64,000 nucleotides of DNA, from assembly GCF_030028105.1 (NCBI RefSeq), contig NC_092394.1, positions 35,694,752-35,758,751 on the forward strand. Reading direction: 5' to 3'. The stretch is from Mobula birostris. Its lineage: Eukaryota. Both the position numbers and the translations under genes were made by a program. A model generated the notes under the pieces. It saw nothing but the letters and a program-made list of their open reading frames with translations. It searched no databases and had not been told where the DNA came from. Position 1 is the first letter of the stretch; each line of letters opens with the position of its first letter. This document shows, piece by piece, positions 1-13,969 of this stretch.

Positions 1-714
1 AGTAGTACAGTGCAAAGACAAAATGACTATAAAATACAGATTAATTAAGTAGTGAAAGAAAAGGAATAATGAGGTAGTGCCTATGGACTGTTCAGAAATC
101 TGATGGTAGAGGGGAAGAAACCGTATCTGAATCTTTGACTGCAGGTCTTCAAGCTCTGATATTCTAAAAATAAAGCTATGTAAGCATCCAGCAACTCAAC
201 AAAAATAATGAATCACAAAACTAATGTGGCTTCATGGATATAATTGTCAAGGACCAAAAGCTCACGATTTTATAAAATATTTTTGGCAAAAGAAAACTTG
301 AATAGAAACAATTCTAGCTCAGAGCAGAGTCTGTTAAATTTAGTGTTACAGAACAATCTCGTCTAGTTTGTTAAAGGTTGGCGAAGCTTGCAGACAAATG
401 CAAGGCAGCAATATCATCTGGCTATATTGTGGAAGAGGGTGTTTAAAGAGGAAGATTATTCCAAGAAAAACCAATCAATCCAATTACTTGGGATTGTCCC
501 ATGGTTTAGAATCAGAATTGGTAAATATAAGATATAACTGACTCTAGAAGGGAAGCCAATAAATGAAATGTCATAGGATTTTGAAAATGATTAGTATACA
601 AAAAAGAGAAATCTTACACATAGCTGAAGAACTTTTAAAAAATTCGTACAATTGCATCTGTGTCACCCCAGTGCGTTGCAAGAAAAATGCATAGGTTTGC
701 AAGGCATCATGAGT

Positions 715-1030
715 AAGTATAGTGGTGCAGCGAGTAGAGCTGCTGCCTCTCAGCATCTGAGGTTCAAACCTCACCTCAGATTCTAGCGGTGCGGAACTTG
801 CACATTCTTCCTATTGCACAGTTCCCTCCAGGGGTCCACTTTATTCTCACATCCTGAAATTATGCAAATTGATAGGTTAAATGGCCACTATAAATTGTCC
901 TTAGTGTGGGTGGAGTTCACAAGAGAGTGTGAAGTATAAAATTAAGATCAATGTAGGATTAGTGGATGATTGTTGACCAAGAGACTGTGACTTGAAGGGC
1001 CCATTACTGTGCTCTATCACTTTATGACAC
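715..1030 (+). mobile_element. tRNA-derived SINE (V-SINE/HE1-like)
   Basis: A-box-like GTGGTGCAGCGAG, B-box-like GGTTCAAACC, central GGAACTTGCACATTCTTCC domain and CR1-like 3' end GAAGGGCC...CTGTGCTCTAT. Confidence 0.65.
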
Positions 1031-2542
1031 AGGGATGATACCATGGCTTTGAAAACAAGCTAAATACCTCTCAAAATAGAAATCGTCAATTTAAGACCAA
1101 TTTCTTCAGAATTGGGATGTGTTTTGCAGAGGAAGCAGGGAGGGAGAATGTGGAGGTGGCAAGGGCAAAGAGAAAGTCTGTGATAAAAGACAAAAATGAT
1201 GGTGCTCTCTAAGAGAGGATGGTCAATGCTTGTTAATCATAGTTAACCTGCCTGCAGGACTGTAACTAATGAGAGATTCAAAATAATCAGTATAAAGAAT
1301 TAACTTGAAATAATGCTCAATAATTAAATCATAAATAACCACACTACCACTACTACTACGTCAACTCAAGCCTAGGGGGCCTGCGTCGGGCAAATAACCA
1401 CAGGATAAGGAATATGGGTCTAAATGGCCAAAAGATGTGTTACAGACAAACGTAAGGAACTACGCATTCCACAGAATGCTAGGAGTAGGAGCGGCAAAAT
1501 ATGTGGAATGGTTTAAGAAATATAGACTGTGGAGTTCGTAAGTCTTAACAGAAAGATCATTTGAATAGCCTCCCTTTATCTGCACCATCTCAGAGAGAGG
1601 TCAGTGATTAAAAATCATAACTGTAGATCTTGGCTTAATACAATTATGCTAGCGTGCATTAAACTATTAAATCAAACACAAACAAAAGTAGTGTCTTGTA
1701 TGATGACTTGACACTTAATAAGCAGCTCAATTTCAGTAAGTCTACTGATAAAATATGAGTTAATGAGCAAAACGGTTCCTCATATTAGAATACATTTAAT
1801 ACTTGCATAAGGCACAAACCTAAACGTAATGGTTTAGTAAGATTTTTACCTGAAGATTAAAGGCTCTAAGTATTTTTGTGTAAAAAGACAACAGTTTACG
1901 TCATTTATAATCAAATTAGTATTATTTTAATGAGCCTTGTGAGATTTTCAAATCTATTTTGTGCTTTAACTTTAATACATAGGCTATACAGGCAATCCCC
2001 ACATTATGAGAAAGCTGCAGTCCTAAAAAATAGTCCATGTCACAATTTCCCATTACATGAAGCTGTGTCGTCTGTGCAGTCAAGAAATGCGATGAAAAAA
2101 TTGCATTGATTTATTTACTTCTTTCACACAACTTCTATGGGATGTTATTCCATATATCAAAATTTTCTGTAAATCCTGCAAGAGGGAATTTCCATCACCC
2201 AAATGGCCATAATGCGGGGGAGGGAGGCCACCTGTATGGAATAACAATATATATTTTGTTGCAGAATGAAGATTTGTCGAGGAAGGCGCATGAAAATATA
2301 TGCAAGAGGAAGAACAAATTAGGGATAGAAGCAAAGTAAAAATGTAAATGTAAGATAGACAGGCGCCACAGAACCAGATACACAAATGGAGTCAAGAAAA
2401 CTGATTCTGAATATGACAGGTAATCTTTCCGTGCAGAATGTATTTCCTTTTGAAGTTTTAAAAAAAACTTTAAACTTCCAAATGCAGAAAATCAAGATAC
2501 AGATCTAAAGCCAACCTGAGGTAACTTTCACCAGAGTCATAC

Positions 2543-2666
2543 CTTGCTTTGAGAGGGCACTCCTAAGTGCTGGAGTAATCATTTCTCTTGGTTCTCCCGT
2601 TTCTTTTTTCCTCATGGCACGCTTTGACAACTTAAATTTTGCAGTTTCTTTGTTCATTTCTTCCTT
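2543..2666 (-). CDS. TYW1: TYW1 coding exon 8 (entry to radical SAM domain; gene continues left of the window)
   Basis: atag|KEEMNKETAKFKLSKRAMRKKETGEPREMITPALRSALSKQ-G|gtatga; 124 bp, phase 1, matching the conserved MITPALRxALxKQG. The next exon (GY.LIGSHSGVK) was not seen in 1-2540. Confidence 0.93.
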
Positions 2667-3419
2667 CTATAAGAAAAAAGGGAGAGAATTAAGAAATATC
2701 ACAGGTTACAGCATGATGGTTCTACCAATACTGTCATAAGTTAACGTGCATTTTGGAAACTGAAGAAAGGAATACATATATTTTCTTAAGAACGGTATAT
2801 CTAATATAGAAATTATATTGTCAAGTAGGTAAAATAAAATCCTTAGATTTATATCAGCATCAGTGTCTTACCACAAGCACCTATTTTGTTTATGGTTACT
2901 GTTCTGATGGGTTAATGCAGCAAGCTAGATTTCCCTCTAAAGTAATAATTAAATGGTCCAATGTGCCTACAGAATAATTTCAGCACTAAAATGTAAATTA
3001 TGTCTACATATTGTCCATGATACTGCAAAAGCGTAAGAACAATAAACGACAATCCATGACCACGGAATAATTATTACAGATTTGAAGTATTGTTACTGAA
3101 GAATAATCAGCAAGTTTCAAAAATAAAACACTCAAAGAGGAACATCCATTTAATAGAGCTGACAAAATCCTGCTCATGCTTCACTTGCAATCAGGCACAA
3201 TGCACACATTTGCAGCCCAAGTTATTTTTAGATAGGCTAAGGATAACATTTCAATTAAAATGATAATCAAGGTGGCCAAAAATATATCTATTTTTTAAAT
3301 GTTAATTAGTTTATTATTGTCACATGCACCAGATACAATGAAAAGTTATTGTTTGAACACCATGCAAAGTAGTACAAATAGAAAATAAAATAATGCAGAA
3401 AATAGTACTACAGTTACAG

Positions 3420-6400
3420 AAAAGTTCAAAGTACATTTATTATCAAAATACATAAATGTCTCCATATTCAACCCTGAGATTCGTTTTCTTGAGAGCATAA
3501 TCAATAAATTCATAATGGAATAATACCATAATGAGAATCAATGAAAGACCTCACCAACTTTAGTGTTCAGCCAGCATGCAAAAGACAACAAATTGTGCCA
3601 ATACAAAGAAAGAATAATAATAAATAAATAAGCAATAAATATTGAGAAGATCAGATGAGTCCTTGAAAGTGAGTCCATAGGTTGTGGGAACACTTCAATG
3701 ATGGGGCAAGTGAAGTTTGGTTCAAGAGCCTGATGGTTGAGAGGTAATAGCAGTTCCTGAACCTGCACTACATATCTATAGAAGTTTGTCAAATTTTTAG
3801 ATGTCATGCCGAATCTACACAAGGAAGTAGAGGCTCTCCTGTGCTTTCTTCAGAATTGTACTTACATGCTGAGCCCAGGATAGGCACTCCGAAATAATAA
3901 CTTCGAGGAATTAAAAGTTGATGACCCTCTCCACCTCTGATGAGGACTGCTCATGGACCTCTAGTTTTTTCCTCCTAAAGTCACAAATCATCTCTTTGGT
4001 CTTGCTGACACTGAGTAAAAGTTGTTGCTATGGCACAACTCAGCCTTATTTTCAATCTCCCTCCTATAGGCAGATTCTTCACCACCTTTAATTTGGCCTG
4101 TCACAGTGGTGCCATCAGCAAACCTGAATATGGCATTGGAGCTGTGCTCAGCAACACAGCCAAAAGTGTAAAGCGAGTAGAAAGAGGTAAAGGAGGCTGA
4201 ACACACAGCTTTGTGGTGCACCTGTGCTCACGGAGATAACCTGCTTACGGTGATTGTTGCCAATCTTAACTAACGGGTGTCCGGGAACGTGGTGGGCCTT
4301 GCTGGTGGGGTCCAGGTGCGGTTCGGAGTTTAAGAAGCACTTCTGGCATGGTGGTTTCCAGCTGGGTCAGTAGCTTCACCAGGGTGTTGTTGATCTTGAT
4401 CTTGCTAGGTTAGAGGTTTAGAAGGGTTTCTCGGGTATAGGATAGTGGAGAGGGCAGTTTGCTCGGGAGAGCACGCACAAAGTCGCCAGTTACCGGCGCC
4501 ATCTTTAACAGATCTTTAAGGGCCCTCTTGAAGATAAATCCAAGTAGATAACGGGCCCAGATGGCGTCCCAGGATGGGTTCTCTGGGCCTGTGCAAGCGA
4601 GCTAGCTGGAGTGCTTGCTGACATCTTCAACTGCTCCTTGCTTCAGTCTAAGATCCCCTCATGTTTTAAGAAGGCAACAATAATCCCAGTGCCAAAGAAG
4701 AGCAAGGTGGCATGCCTGAATGACTATCGACCTGTGGCTCTGACATCAATTGCTATGGAGCGCTTCGAGAGATTGGTTATGGCACACATCAACCACAGCC
4801 TACCGGTCAACCTCGACACTTTGCAATTCGCCTACCGGAGCAACAGGTCAACGGCAGATGCCATCTCTCTGGCCCTACATTCCTCCTTAGAACACCTGGA
4901 GAATAAAGATGCATACGTAAGGCTCCTTTTCATTGACTACAGCTCTGCCTTTAATACCATCGTTCCAAATAAACTGATTCCTAAGCTCCGGAACCTGGGC
5001 CTTAGCACTCAGATCTGCAGCTGGATCTTCAACTTCCTCACAGACAGGACCCAGGCTGTAAAAATAGGGGACAAGCTCTCCTCTATAATCACTCTGAGCA
5101 CCGGTGCCCCACAAGGCTGTGTACTCAACTCCCTGCTGTACTCACTGTACACCCATGATTGTATAGCCAAGTTTCCATCAAACTCAATATATAAGTTTGC
5201 TGATGACACAACAATTGTAGGCCGTATCTCGGGTAATGATGAGTTTGAGTACAGAGAGGAAATTAAGAACCTGGCGGCATGCTGTGAAGACAATAACCTA
5301 TCCCTCAACGTCAGTAAGACGAAGGAATTGGTTGTTGACTTCAGAAGGAGCAGCGGACCACACGACCCCATTTACATTGGTGGTGCACAAGTGGAACAGG
5401 TCAAAACCTTTAAGTTCCTCGGGGTCAATATCACAAATGACCTGACTTGGTCCAACCAAGCAGAATTCACTGCCAAGAAGGCCCACCAGCGCCTTTACTT
5501 CTTGAGAAAACTAAAGAAATTTGGCCTGTCCCCTAAAACCCTCACTAATTTTTATAGATGCACCACAGAAAGCATTCTTCTAGGGTGCATCACAACCTGA
5601 TATGGAAGTTGTCCTCTCCAAGACCGAAAGAAGCTGCAGAAGATCGTGAACACGGTGCAGCACATCACACAAACCAATCTTCCGTCCTTGGACTCACTTT
5701 ACACTGCATACTGTCGGAACAGCGCTGCCAGGATAATCAAGGACACGACCCACCCAGCCAACACACTTTTCGTCCCTCTTCCCTCCGGGAGAAGGTTCAG
5801 GAGCTTGAAGACTCGTACAGCAAGATTTGGGAACAGCTTCTTTCCAACTGTGATAAGACTGCTGAACAGATCCTGATCCGGATCTGGGCCGCACCCTCCA
5901 AATATATGGACCTGCCTCTCGGTTTTTTTGCACTACCTTACTTTCCATTTTTCTATTTATGATTTATAATTTAAATTTTTAATATTTACTATTTACTACT
6001 TTTAATTTTTTAAATATTTAATATTTGTAATCCAGGGAGTGGGAAGCGCAGAATCAAATATCGCTGTGATGATTGTACGTTCCAGTATTAATTGTTTGGA
6101 GACAATAAAGTATAAAGTAAAATGTGAAAATCAAGGAGCCAATTGCACAATGAGGTAGTGAGGCCAAGGTCTTGAAGCTTCCTCTTTACTTTTGGGGGAA
6201 GGGTGGTATTGAATGCCGAGCTGTAGTCGATAAAGAGCATCCTGATACATGCATCTTTGCTGGCCAAATGTTCCAGGGCTGAGTAAAGAGCCAATGAGGT
6301 GGCAACTGCTGTGGACCTGTTGCTCCAGTAGGCAAATTGGAGTGGATCCAAGACACCTCTCAGGCAACAGTTGATATGTTTCATCACCAACCTCTCAAAA

Positions 6401-7830
6401 ATACCTCATCACAGTGGATGTAAGTGCTACTGGATGACAGTCATTGAGGCAGGTTACCACATTCTTCTTAGGCACTGGTATAATTGAAGCCTGCTTGAAG
6501 CAGGTGGGTACTGCAGACTGCATAAGCGAGAGATTAAAGAGCTCAGTGAACACTCCAGTCAGTTAATCCGCACAGTTTTTACTACTTGGCCAGATAACAC
6601 GTCTGAGCCAGATGCTTTTCTTGTGTACACCCTCTCGAAAGCTGCTCACATGTCTGCCTCAGCCTGAAATCACAGGATCATTGGGGGTCTGTGGAAGTTC
6701 ACAATGGTCCCCCATGGTTTGACGGTCAAAGTGAGCATAGAAAGCATTGTGCTCATCTGGAAGTGAAGCCCTGTTGTCGCCTATGTCACTTGATTTTACT
6801 TTATAACAGATTCAAACTCTGCCATAACTGTCGCGACATCCTTCATTGATTGTATCTAGATCTCTTGGTCACCAGACATGAATGCCTCTGACCTGGCCCT
6901 CAGCAAATTGGTTAATCCAGGGCTTCTAATGGGGTAAGACTCTGAATGACTTTGTGGAGACACACTCATCTACATCTATTTTAATACAGTCTGTGACAAC
7001 CATGAAGTACTCATTCAGATCCACAGATGAGTCCTTGAACACAACCCAGTCCACTGACTTGAAGCAATCCCATAGCCACTCCTCTGCCTCCCACGACTTC
7101 TTTGTTGTCCTAATCTGTGGAGCTTTGCTCTTTAGCTTCTGCCTGTATGCAAGTAGGAGGACAGCCAAGTGATCAGATTTGCTGAAGAGCAGCCTGAGCA
7201 TAGACTGATGAGCATTACTTATCTTAGCATGACAGTGGTCTAGTGTGCTGGGTAGGCATTCATTATCTTAGTATAACGGTGATCTAGTGTGTTGGGATCT
7301 CTGGTGCTACAGGTTATATGCTGATGGTAATTGGGCAGGGTTTTCTTCATAGTCTCTGACTATAACTTATAGTGCATTGAGATGGACTGTTTCTTGTTTG
7401 GAGATGGCAGTTGCAGTATCTCAAGCGCTTGACTCCAGTTGGCCACTAGTGGAGCTAATGCAGTGAAGATTGACAAATAGAGTGTAGTGTCCACAAAGAG
7501 ATAAAGGATCAAGAATTCATCTTTATCACGTAAAATAGCTGCTCAAGTGGGATGAAAGATGTTATTGTGTAACGTTACTTACGCTACAAACGTCAGAAAT
7601 GCCAAATTCACTTGCTGGGGTGGTGGAAATGTATCAAAATATTTTTAGAGGATGAACTTTGAATTGATTTTCAACCTTCTATCTGGAAGTCTTCCTAGAC
7701 ACTTGGCCATAAGTTGCTATTTTAGTGATTGCTCCATAGATTTTCACTGGCACATTCTGGATTTATCCCAATCTTGTCTGATTTACTGCTTGAGCAGTCT
7801 GTAACTGAAGAAGTAATATCACAACAGTAT
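3420..7830 (-). mobile_element. Older degraded Rex1-type LINE, interrupted by the 4280-6118 insertion
   Basis: Minus-strand RT and endonuclease remnants ([19 protein letters not shown] at 6126-6390; FADGTTV near 4110; SDHLAVLL near 7170) are collinear on either side of the insert. Confidence 0.8.
4510..6118 (+). mobile_element. Rex1/Babar-type LINE, 5'-truncated, young
   Basis: RT ORF 4611-5600 ([35 protein letters not shown]) with one TGG>TGA stop; 3' end AATAAAGTATAAAGT. Confidence 0.92.
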
Positions 7831-8844
7831 CAAGGAATTAGACATGATGCTTAGAGGAAATCAACACTCTATGCGAAACATTGTGTTCATTAGTACTAAA
7901 CTTCCTCAGACTATACTCAAAAAAGGCTGTGAATTGCTAAGGACAGGTAAAAGGTGCAGCTGAGCTGATAGGGGAAAGATGGCCAGAGGATATTAAACTT
8001 ATTGAAATGTTGATAGGTAAATATAGGTTAATAACATTTTTAAAATAGATTTTTCTGAGAAATTGGAGAACAGTATGCATTGAACATTTTTTTTTGTTGT
8101 AACTTTTTCTACCTCTGTAACTATTTCTCCCCATCAAGAATTTTACTTCAGTCTCTTCATCTCTAACCTTCAATATTTGCTTTTGTTTCTTCTGTAGTTA
8201 TTTAGTCTCTTGCTTTTCTTGTGTTAATGGCAGGTGCATTTTTTGATGATAGTAGTGGAGAGTAGCAGCTTTGGTTTGAGAGTCAGCATGGGTGGGATTT
8301 AGCCTGTGACATTGACAGCTTTGATTTACGGTACTAATGTTGGACCACATACCAACAAATAAAATCAAAGTGACTATACTCTGTTCAGTTACCTGATACT
8401 TATTATCGCAGCACTCTTACTATTCCCAAACACTAATCTCTTCAGTTCTCACTGACTCTTCTGCCCTATTATTCCCTTATCACTTCACACACCATCACAT
8501 GATTGGCATTTTCTCTACATAATGTAATTAGTAAGTTAAAAGTCAGGTTATGAATTATTTGTTAAGAGTTTGGTTAAAAATGTTTTTAAAATTTCATGAA
8601 AATTATTACATTTGAGGTAGCATTATGTTTCAGCAGGCATCTGTGAGGAATCATAAGGGTGGAAGAATTGAAAGATATTGAATCAGCATATTTAACATAA
8701 AAGTGTAAACAGATTTTTTTAATGCAGAATTCCAAAAGGAACAGCTTGTGTTCTGACACATTTTCACTGGTGGAATAAACACTACACAGGCTGGGATGAA
8801 GGAGAAGAATGAGTGTGAACACCTTCAGCCAGTCAAGTCAATGT

Positions 8845-11400
8845 AATCAGAATCAGGTTTATTATCACTGGCACGTAACGTGAAATTTGTTAACATAGCA
8901 GCAGCAGTTCAATGCAATACATAATATAGAGAAAAAAAAATAAATTACAGTATATGCATATTGAATAGATTAATAATCATGCAAAAAGCAAAATTACTCG
9001 TTATTAAAAAAAAGTGAGGTAGTATCCAAGGGTTCAATGTCCATTTAGGAATTGGATAGCACAGGGAAAGAAGCTGTTCCTGAATCGCTGAGTGTGTGCC
9101 TTCAGGATTCCGTACTTCCTACCTGATGTTAACAGTGAGAAAAGGGCATGCCCTGGGTGCTGGAGGTCCTTAATAATGGACACTGCCTTTCTGAGACACT
9201 GCTCCTTGAAGATGTCCTGCGTACTTTGTAGGTTAGTACCCAAGAGGGAGCTGACGAAACTTACACCCTCTGCAGCTTCTTTTGGTCCTGTGCAGTGCCC
9301 CCCCCACCCCCCATATCAGACAGTGATGCAGCTTGTCAGAATGCTCTCCACAGCACATCTATAGAAATTTTTGAGTGTATTTTTTGACATGCCAAATCTC
9401 TTCAAACTCCTAAAGAAGTATAGCCACTGTCTTGCCTGCTTTATAACTGCATCGATATACTGGGACCGGGTTACATCCTCAGAGATCTTGACACCCAGGA
9501 ACTTGAAAATGCTGACTCTCTCCACTTCTGATCCCTATATGAGGATTGGTATGTGTTCCTTCATCTTACCCTTCCTGAAGTCCACAATCAGCTCGTCTTA
9601 CTGACATTGAGTGCTAGGTTGTTGCTGCAGCACCACTCTACGAGTTGGCATATCTCACTCCTGTACGCCCTCTTGGCACCACCTGAGATTCTACCAACAG
9701 TGGTTGTAACATCAGCAAATTTATAGATGATATTTCAGCTATGCCTAGCCAAACAGTCATGGCTATTGAGAGAGTAGAACAGCGGGCTAAGAACACACCC
9801 CTGAGGTGCACCGGTGTTGATCATCAGCGAGGAGGATATGTTATCACCAATCCACATAGATTAACGGCTTCCGGTTAGGAAGTCAGGGCCTTGCAAGGGT
9901 TCACTGTCTTTAAAGACAGCCTAACATCGGCCTCTGAGACAGAGATCACAGGGTCATCAGGTGCAGCAGGGAACTTCACAGCTGCAGTTATATTCTCCCT
10001 TTCAAAGCGGGCAGAGAAGGTGTTGAGTTCATCTGATAGTGAAGCACTGCTGTCATTAATGCTATTGTGTTTCCCTTTGTAGGAAGTTATGTCTTGCAAA
10101 CCCTGCCAGAGTTACCATGCATCCGATGTTGCCTTCAACAACCTCATTCGAAATTCTCTTCGCCCTTGAAATAGCCCTCCACAAATCATACCTAGTTTTC
10201 TGGTACAGGCCTGGGTCGCCAGACTTGAATGCCACAGATCTTGCTTTCAGCAGACAACGTACCTCCTGGTTCATCCACGGCTTTTGGTTTGGGACTGTAC
10301 AGTAAGTCTTTGTAGGCACACACTCATCCACACAGGTTTTAATGAAGTCGGTAACAACTGCAGCGTACTCATCCAGGTTCAAAGATGAATCCCCGAATAC
10401 AGTCCAGTCCATCGATTCAAAGCATTCCTGTAGGTGCTCCTGTGCTTTCCTTGTCCTTGTCCTTCCTGGTCTTTTCTGCTGGTACTGCAGTCTTCGGTCT
10501 CTGCCTATACTCAGGGAGATACAGCCAGCTGATCAGACTTCCCAAAGTGAGCGCATGGAATAGCACGGTAGGCATTCTTGATGGTGGTGTAGTAATGATC
10601 TAGTGTGTTGTTTCCTCTAGTATTGCAAGTGATCTGTTGATGGTAGTTGCTTCGTGATTTTTTCAGACTGGCCTGATTAAAATCTCCCAAAACAATGATG
10701 AAGGCGTTAGGATGCACTGTTTTGTGCATGTTAATCCCATTGCTCAGATCATCTAAAGCCTGATTGACATTGGCCTGAGGTGGAATGCATACCACTACCA
10801 AAATTACCCCGGAGAACTCCCGCGGTAGGTAAAAAGGACGGCACTTAACTGCTAGATATTCCAGGTCTGGTGAGCAGAATTGGGAAAGCATTGATATATT
10901 TGTGCACCAAGAAGAGTTGATCATGAGGCATACTCCACCACCTCTGCTTTGGAGACTCTATAGATCTATCCTGACGGTGTATGGGAAACCCACTGATCTG
11001 AATTGCTGCATCCAGTACGGAATGGGTTAACCAGGATTCCCTGAAACAAAGGACACACGCGGTCCTAATGTCCCTCTGATTCAGCACCCTAGCTCGGAGA
11101 TCATCGATTGTATTCACCAGAAACTGCACGTCTGCCAGCAGGATAGTCGGTATAGGGAGTTTAAAAACCTGTTTTCTTAAACACACTTGTAGCCCCGACC
11201 TGCAACCATGTTTCCTACGTGGACCCTTCCGTCCACAATCAGTGCTGTTTCCATCAGTTTTAAGCAGCAATAGTTCATTTAAATGCATGCACTGAGCAGT
11301 CATCTAAATAGGATATGCCAAGAGTAAGAATTGGGATGTTACAAAATACTAGTTCAATCGCACATTGTATGGAGTTCTGACTCGAAGGCATGTAATTGCA
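8845..11400 (-). mobile_element. Rex1-type LINE with endonuclease and RT remnants and an internal deletion
   Basis: APE motifs (CRPFYLPREF, LGDFNQ, NTLDH, GKSDQ) at 10511-10924; RT/3' region at 9034-9880; (CTGATT)n tail at 8845; jump in the RT region near 9888. Confidence 0.88.
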
Positions 11401-11521
11401 CAGGTGAGAATCCAGATATTCACCAGGAATATTTCTAGACTTTATGACTTTACTTAGGAGCAGAGATAGGCTGGAGTGAACGAAGCCGAGGGGTAACCTG
11501 ATAATTTTACAGCATAGATAG

Positions 11522-11928
11522 TGTTGTAATGAGAACAAAGTCACCAGGGAGACACTGAAGCTAGTGGATGCAGAACTGTTTTATTCAACAAATGAGACAT
11601 TCTTGGAAGAAGAGGCCTATTTGACCCAATACTGCATGACATTTTATATGCCAAAGATCAAACAGTAGTGGCAGGACAATTCTATAGTTACAATGCATCT
11701 ACAAGACTCCCTTTGAATTACATATAATTTTCAAAACTCCTTCCTCACACTCACACTCTAAACACCCAAAATGAATGTTAGTCAGCATTGTCTGGTGTCC
11801 AAAGCTCCAGGAAACTATCATTCAGCACTGCACTTTAAATTTAAGATACAATCTACATTCAGGTCTAAAGATTGGCTGCCAAAGTTAATATTTTGCTATA
11901 TATCCTGACTCCAGAATATGCCCTAACA
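11522..11928. mobile_element. Solo LTR
   Basis: Termini TGTT...AACA, 5-bp direct repeat GATAG on both sides (11517-11521, 11929-11933), and a minus-strand AATAAA near 11580. It interrupts a CR1 3' fragment. Confidence 0.8.
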
Positions 11929-13084
11929 GATAGAGTAGAAGGTCAAGATCTTATTTCTAGGGTAGTGGTTTGAAAACAAGACAGCATGTGCTTAAAGTGA
12001 GAGAAATGATTTTTAGATGGGATGTGAGGACTAAGTTTTCACACACACACACACAAATAAACAAACAATCTGGAATACACTACCAGAGAGACAGGTAGAA
12101 TCAAATAAAATAAAATTACTATATTTAAGTGGAACTTAGACAGAAACACAAGATATTAATGCAAGCAAATGGAATTGGTGTAGATGGGCAAAATGTTTAG
12201 TAGTGATGTGTTGGCCCACAGGGTGTATTTTCACATTATACAATTCTGACTCTAAAGCCAAAGATGAGCAACACTTACAGATGCATTACCTAATCAATGA
12301 GTTAACTGGCTGGGGTAACTGTTTGCTTGTGATTGGTTTTGAGAAATTCAAAGAAGGGTATTCAAACTTGTTCACATTAAGGTAAAATGCAGGCAGTTAA
12401 CCATGGTCTTTGAGGTGGATGTTTCACAAAAGCATTGGCTTAACACCTTGATTCACTTTAGAATACCAGAAAAAATCTCTTGCTGCCCACAGCTGACATT
12501 GAGATGCCTTGCTGTTTATTGCCTAAGAAACAAACCTACAAAATAGGATTCTTCACATCTATTACGATAGTGGTGACTTTGTACTACTTTGATAATTATC
12601 TCTCTGTTATTCCTTTATGGACCAACGCAATTTCAAAAATTCATTGGGTAACGAGCAACTTTCAGAAAAAGTTAAAACTTTTATCCTAACCTTGCAGTCA
12701 ACCAGTTTCCCACCTCCTCTAACCATCTTCTTACATCAATATGCAAATTGAATTTCCCACCTTCTTCCCTCCTTCCCAACCTAGCCTAAATCTTAACACA
12801 TTACAATAACAGTGTGATGCTACTCAAGTTAATGAGAAATTAATGCCAGGAAGTTGAAGTGGAAAGAAGAGAGCCATTGGCTCCCAGAAGAGCCGCAGCC
12901 CTTCCAGGAAGCAGCAAGTGCTTCAAAGTGATGCACTAAAGGGCAAAAACAATGCTGGGCAAAAAGATAAAGCAGGGCTTTCGATGGCAGCTGAGACAAG
13001 TAGAGGAAAAAAAGCATAAAGGAAATAAAATTAGTAAAATAAAATGAGAAGAAAGTTTTATTTCAACCTAAATTCAAACTTTCT

Positions 13085-13559
13085 GATTCCTGGGATGGCA
13101 GGACTTTCATATGATGAAAGACTGGATGAACTAGGCTTATACTCGTTGGAACTTAGAAGATTGAGGGGGGATCTTATTGAAACGTATAAAATCCTAAAGG
13201 GATTGGCCAGGCTAGATGTAGGAAGATTGTTCCTGATGTTGGGGAAGTCCAGAACGAGTGGTCACAGTTTGAGGATAAAGGGGAAGCCTTTTAGGACCGA
13301 GATTAGGAAAAACTTCTTCACACAGAGAGTGGTAAATCTGTGGAATTCTCTGCCACAGGAAACAGTTGAGGCCAGTTCATTGGCTATATTTAAGAGGAAG
13401 TTAGATATGGCCCTTGTGGCTAAAGGGATCAGGGGGTATGGAGGGAAGGCTGGTGCAGGGTTCTGAGTTGGATGATCAGCCATGATCATACTGAATGGCA
13501 GTGCAGGCTCGAAGGGCCGAATGGCCTACTCCTGCACCTATTTTCTATGTTTCTATGTT
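13085..13559 (+). mobile_element. CR1 LINE 3' fragment
   Basis: LSYDERLDELGLYSLELRRLRGDLIETYKI...FFTQRVVNLWNSLP; (TTTCTATG)n tail. Confidence 0.92.
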
Positions 13560-13969
13560 TTAGAACTTGAATTAAGAGACAATCTGTTTAAGGAGGAGCA
13601 GCACCCCCTAGTGCCAGAGGAAACCAAGGAAGCACAGAGCAACAGAACCACCTGGTGTCAGATGAGGGTAATGACTTAACATTTAAAGGCAACCCCCACA
13701 TTAGAGATGGGTCATGTTCCTTAAAAAAGTCTATGTTGTGACTTCCTGCAAACCCTCCTTTCCCATTGAATCAATGTTATAAGCATTCCTATAGGATACT
13801 TCTCTCTCATGTTAAACATTTTTTAATGGTGATGACAAAGTGACTCACAATCATTACCTAGCAGCTGAAGGAATAGGCTCATCTCATGTAAATAAAAACA
13901 AAATTATTAGTTCTAGTCACTCAGTACTGAAAGGCAAAAAAACTTGGATATGATGTCATTGTGTTAACT

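Noticed and set aside
715-800. tRNA gene
   Set aside because: Only degenerate A/B boxes of a SINE head; no cloverleaf could be formed.
1-2540. Search for the next TYW1 exon (GY.LIGSHSGVKLCRWTK)
   Set aside because: No matching sequence seen; it presumably lies left of the window.
4611-5600. 329-aa reverse transcriptase ORF as a retron or other novel RT system
   Set aside because: The motifs and 3' tail are those of a Rex1-type LINE; it is 5'-truncated, has a premature stop, and has sibling copies in the window.
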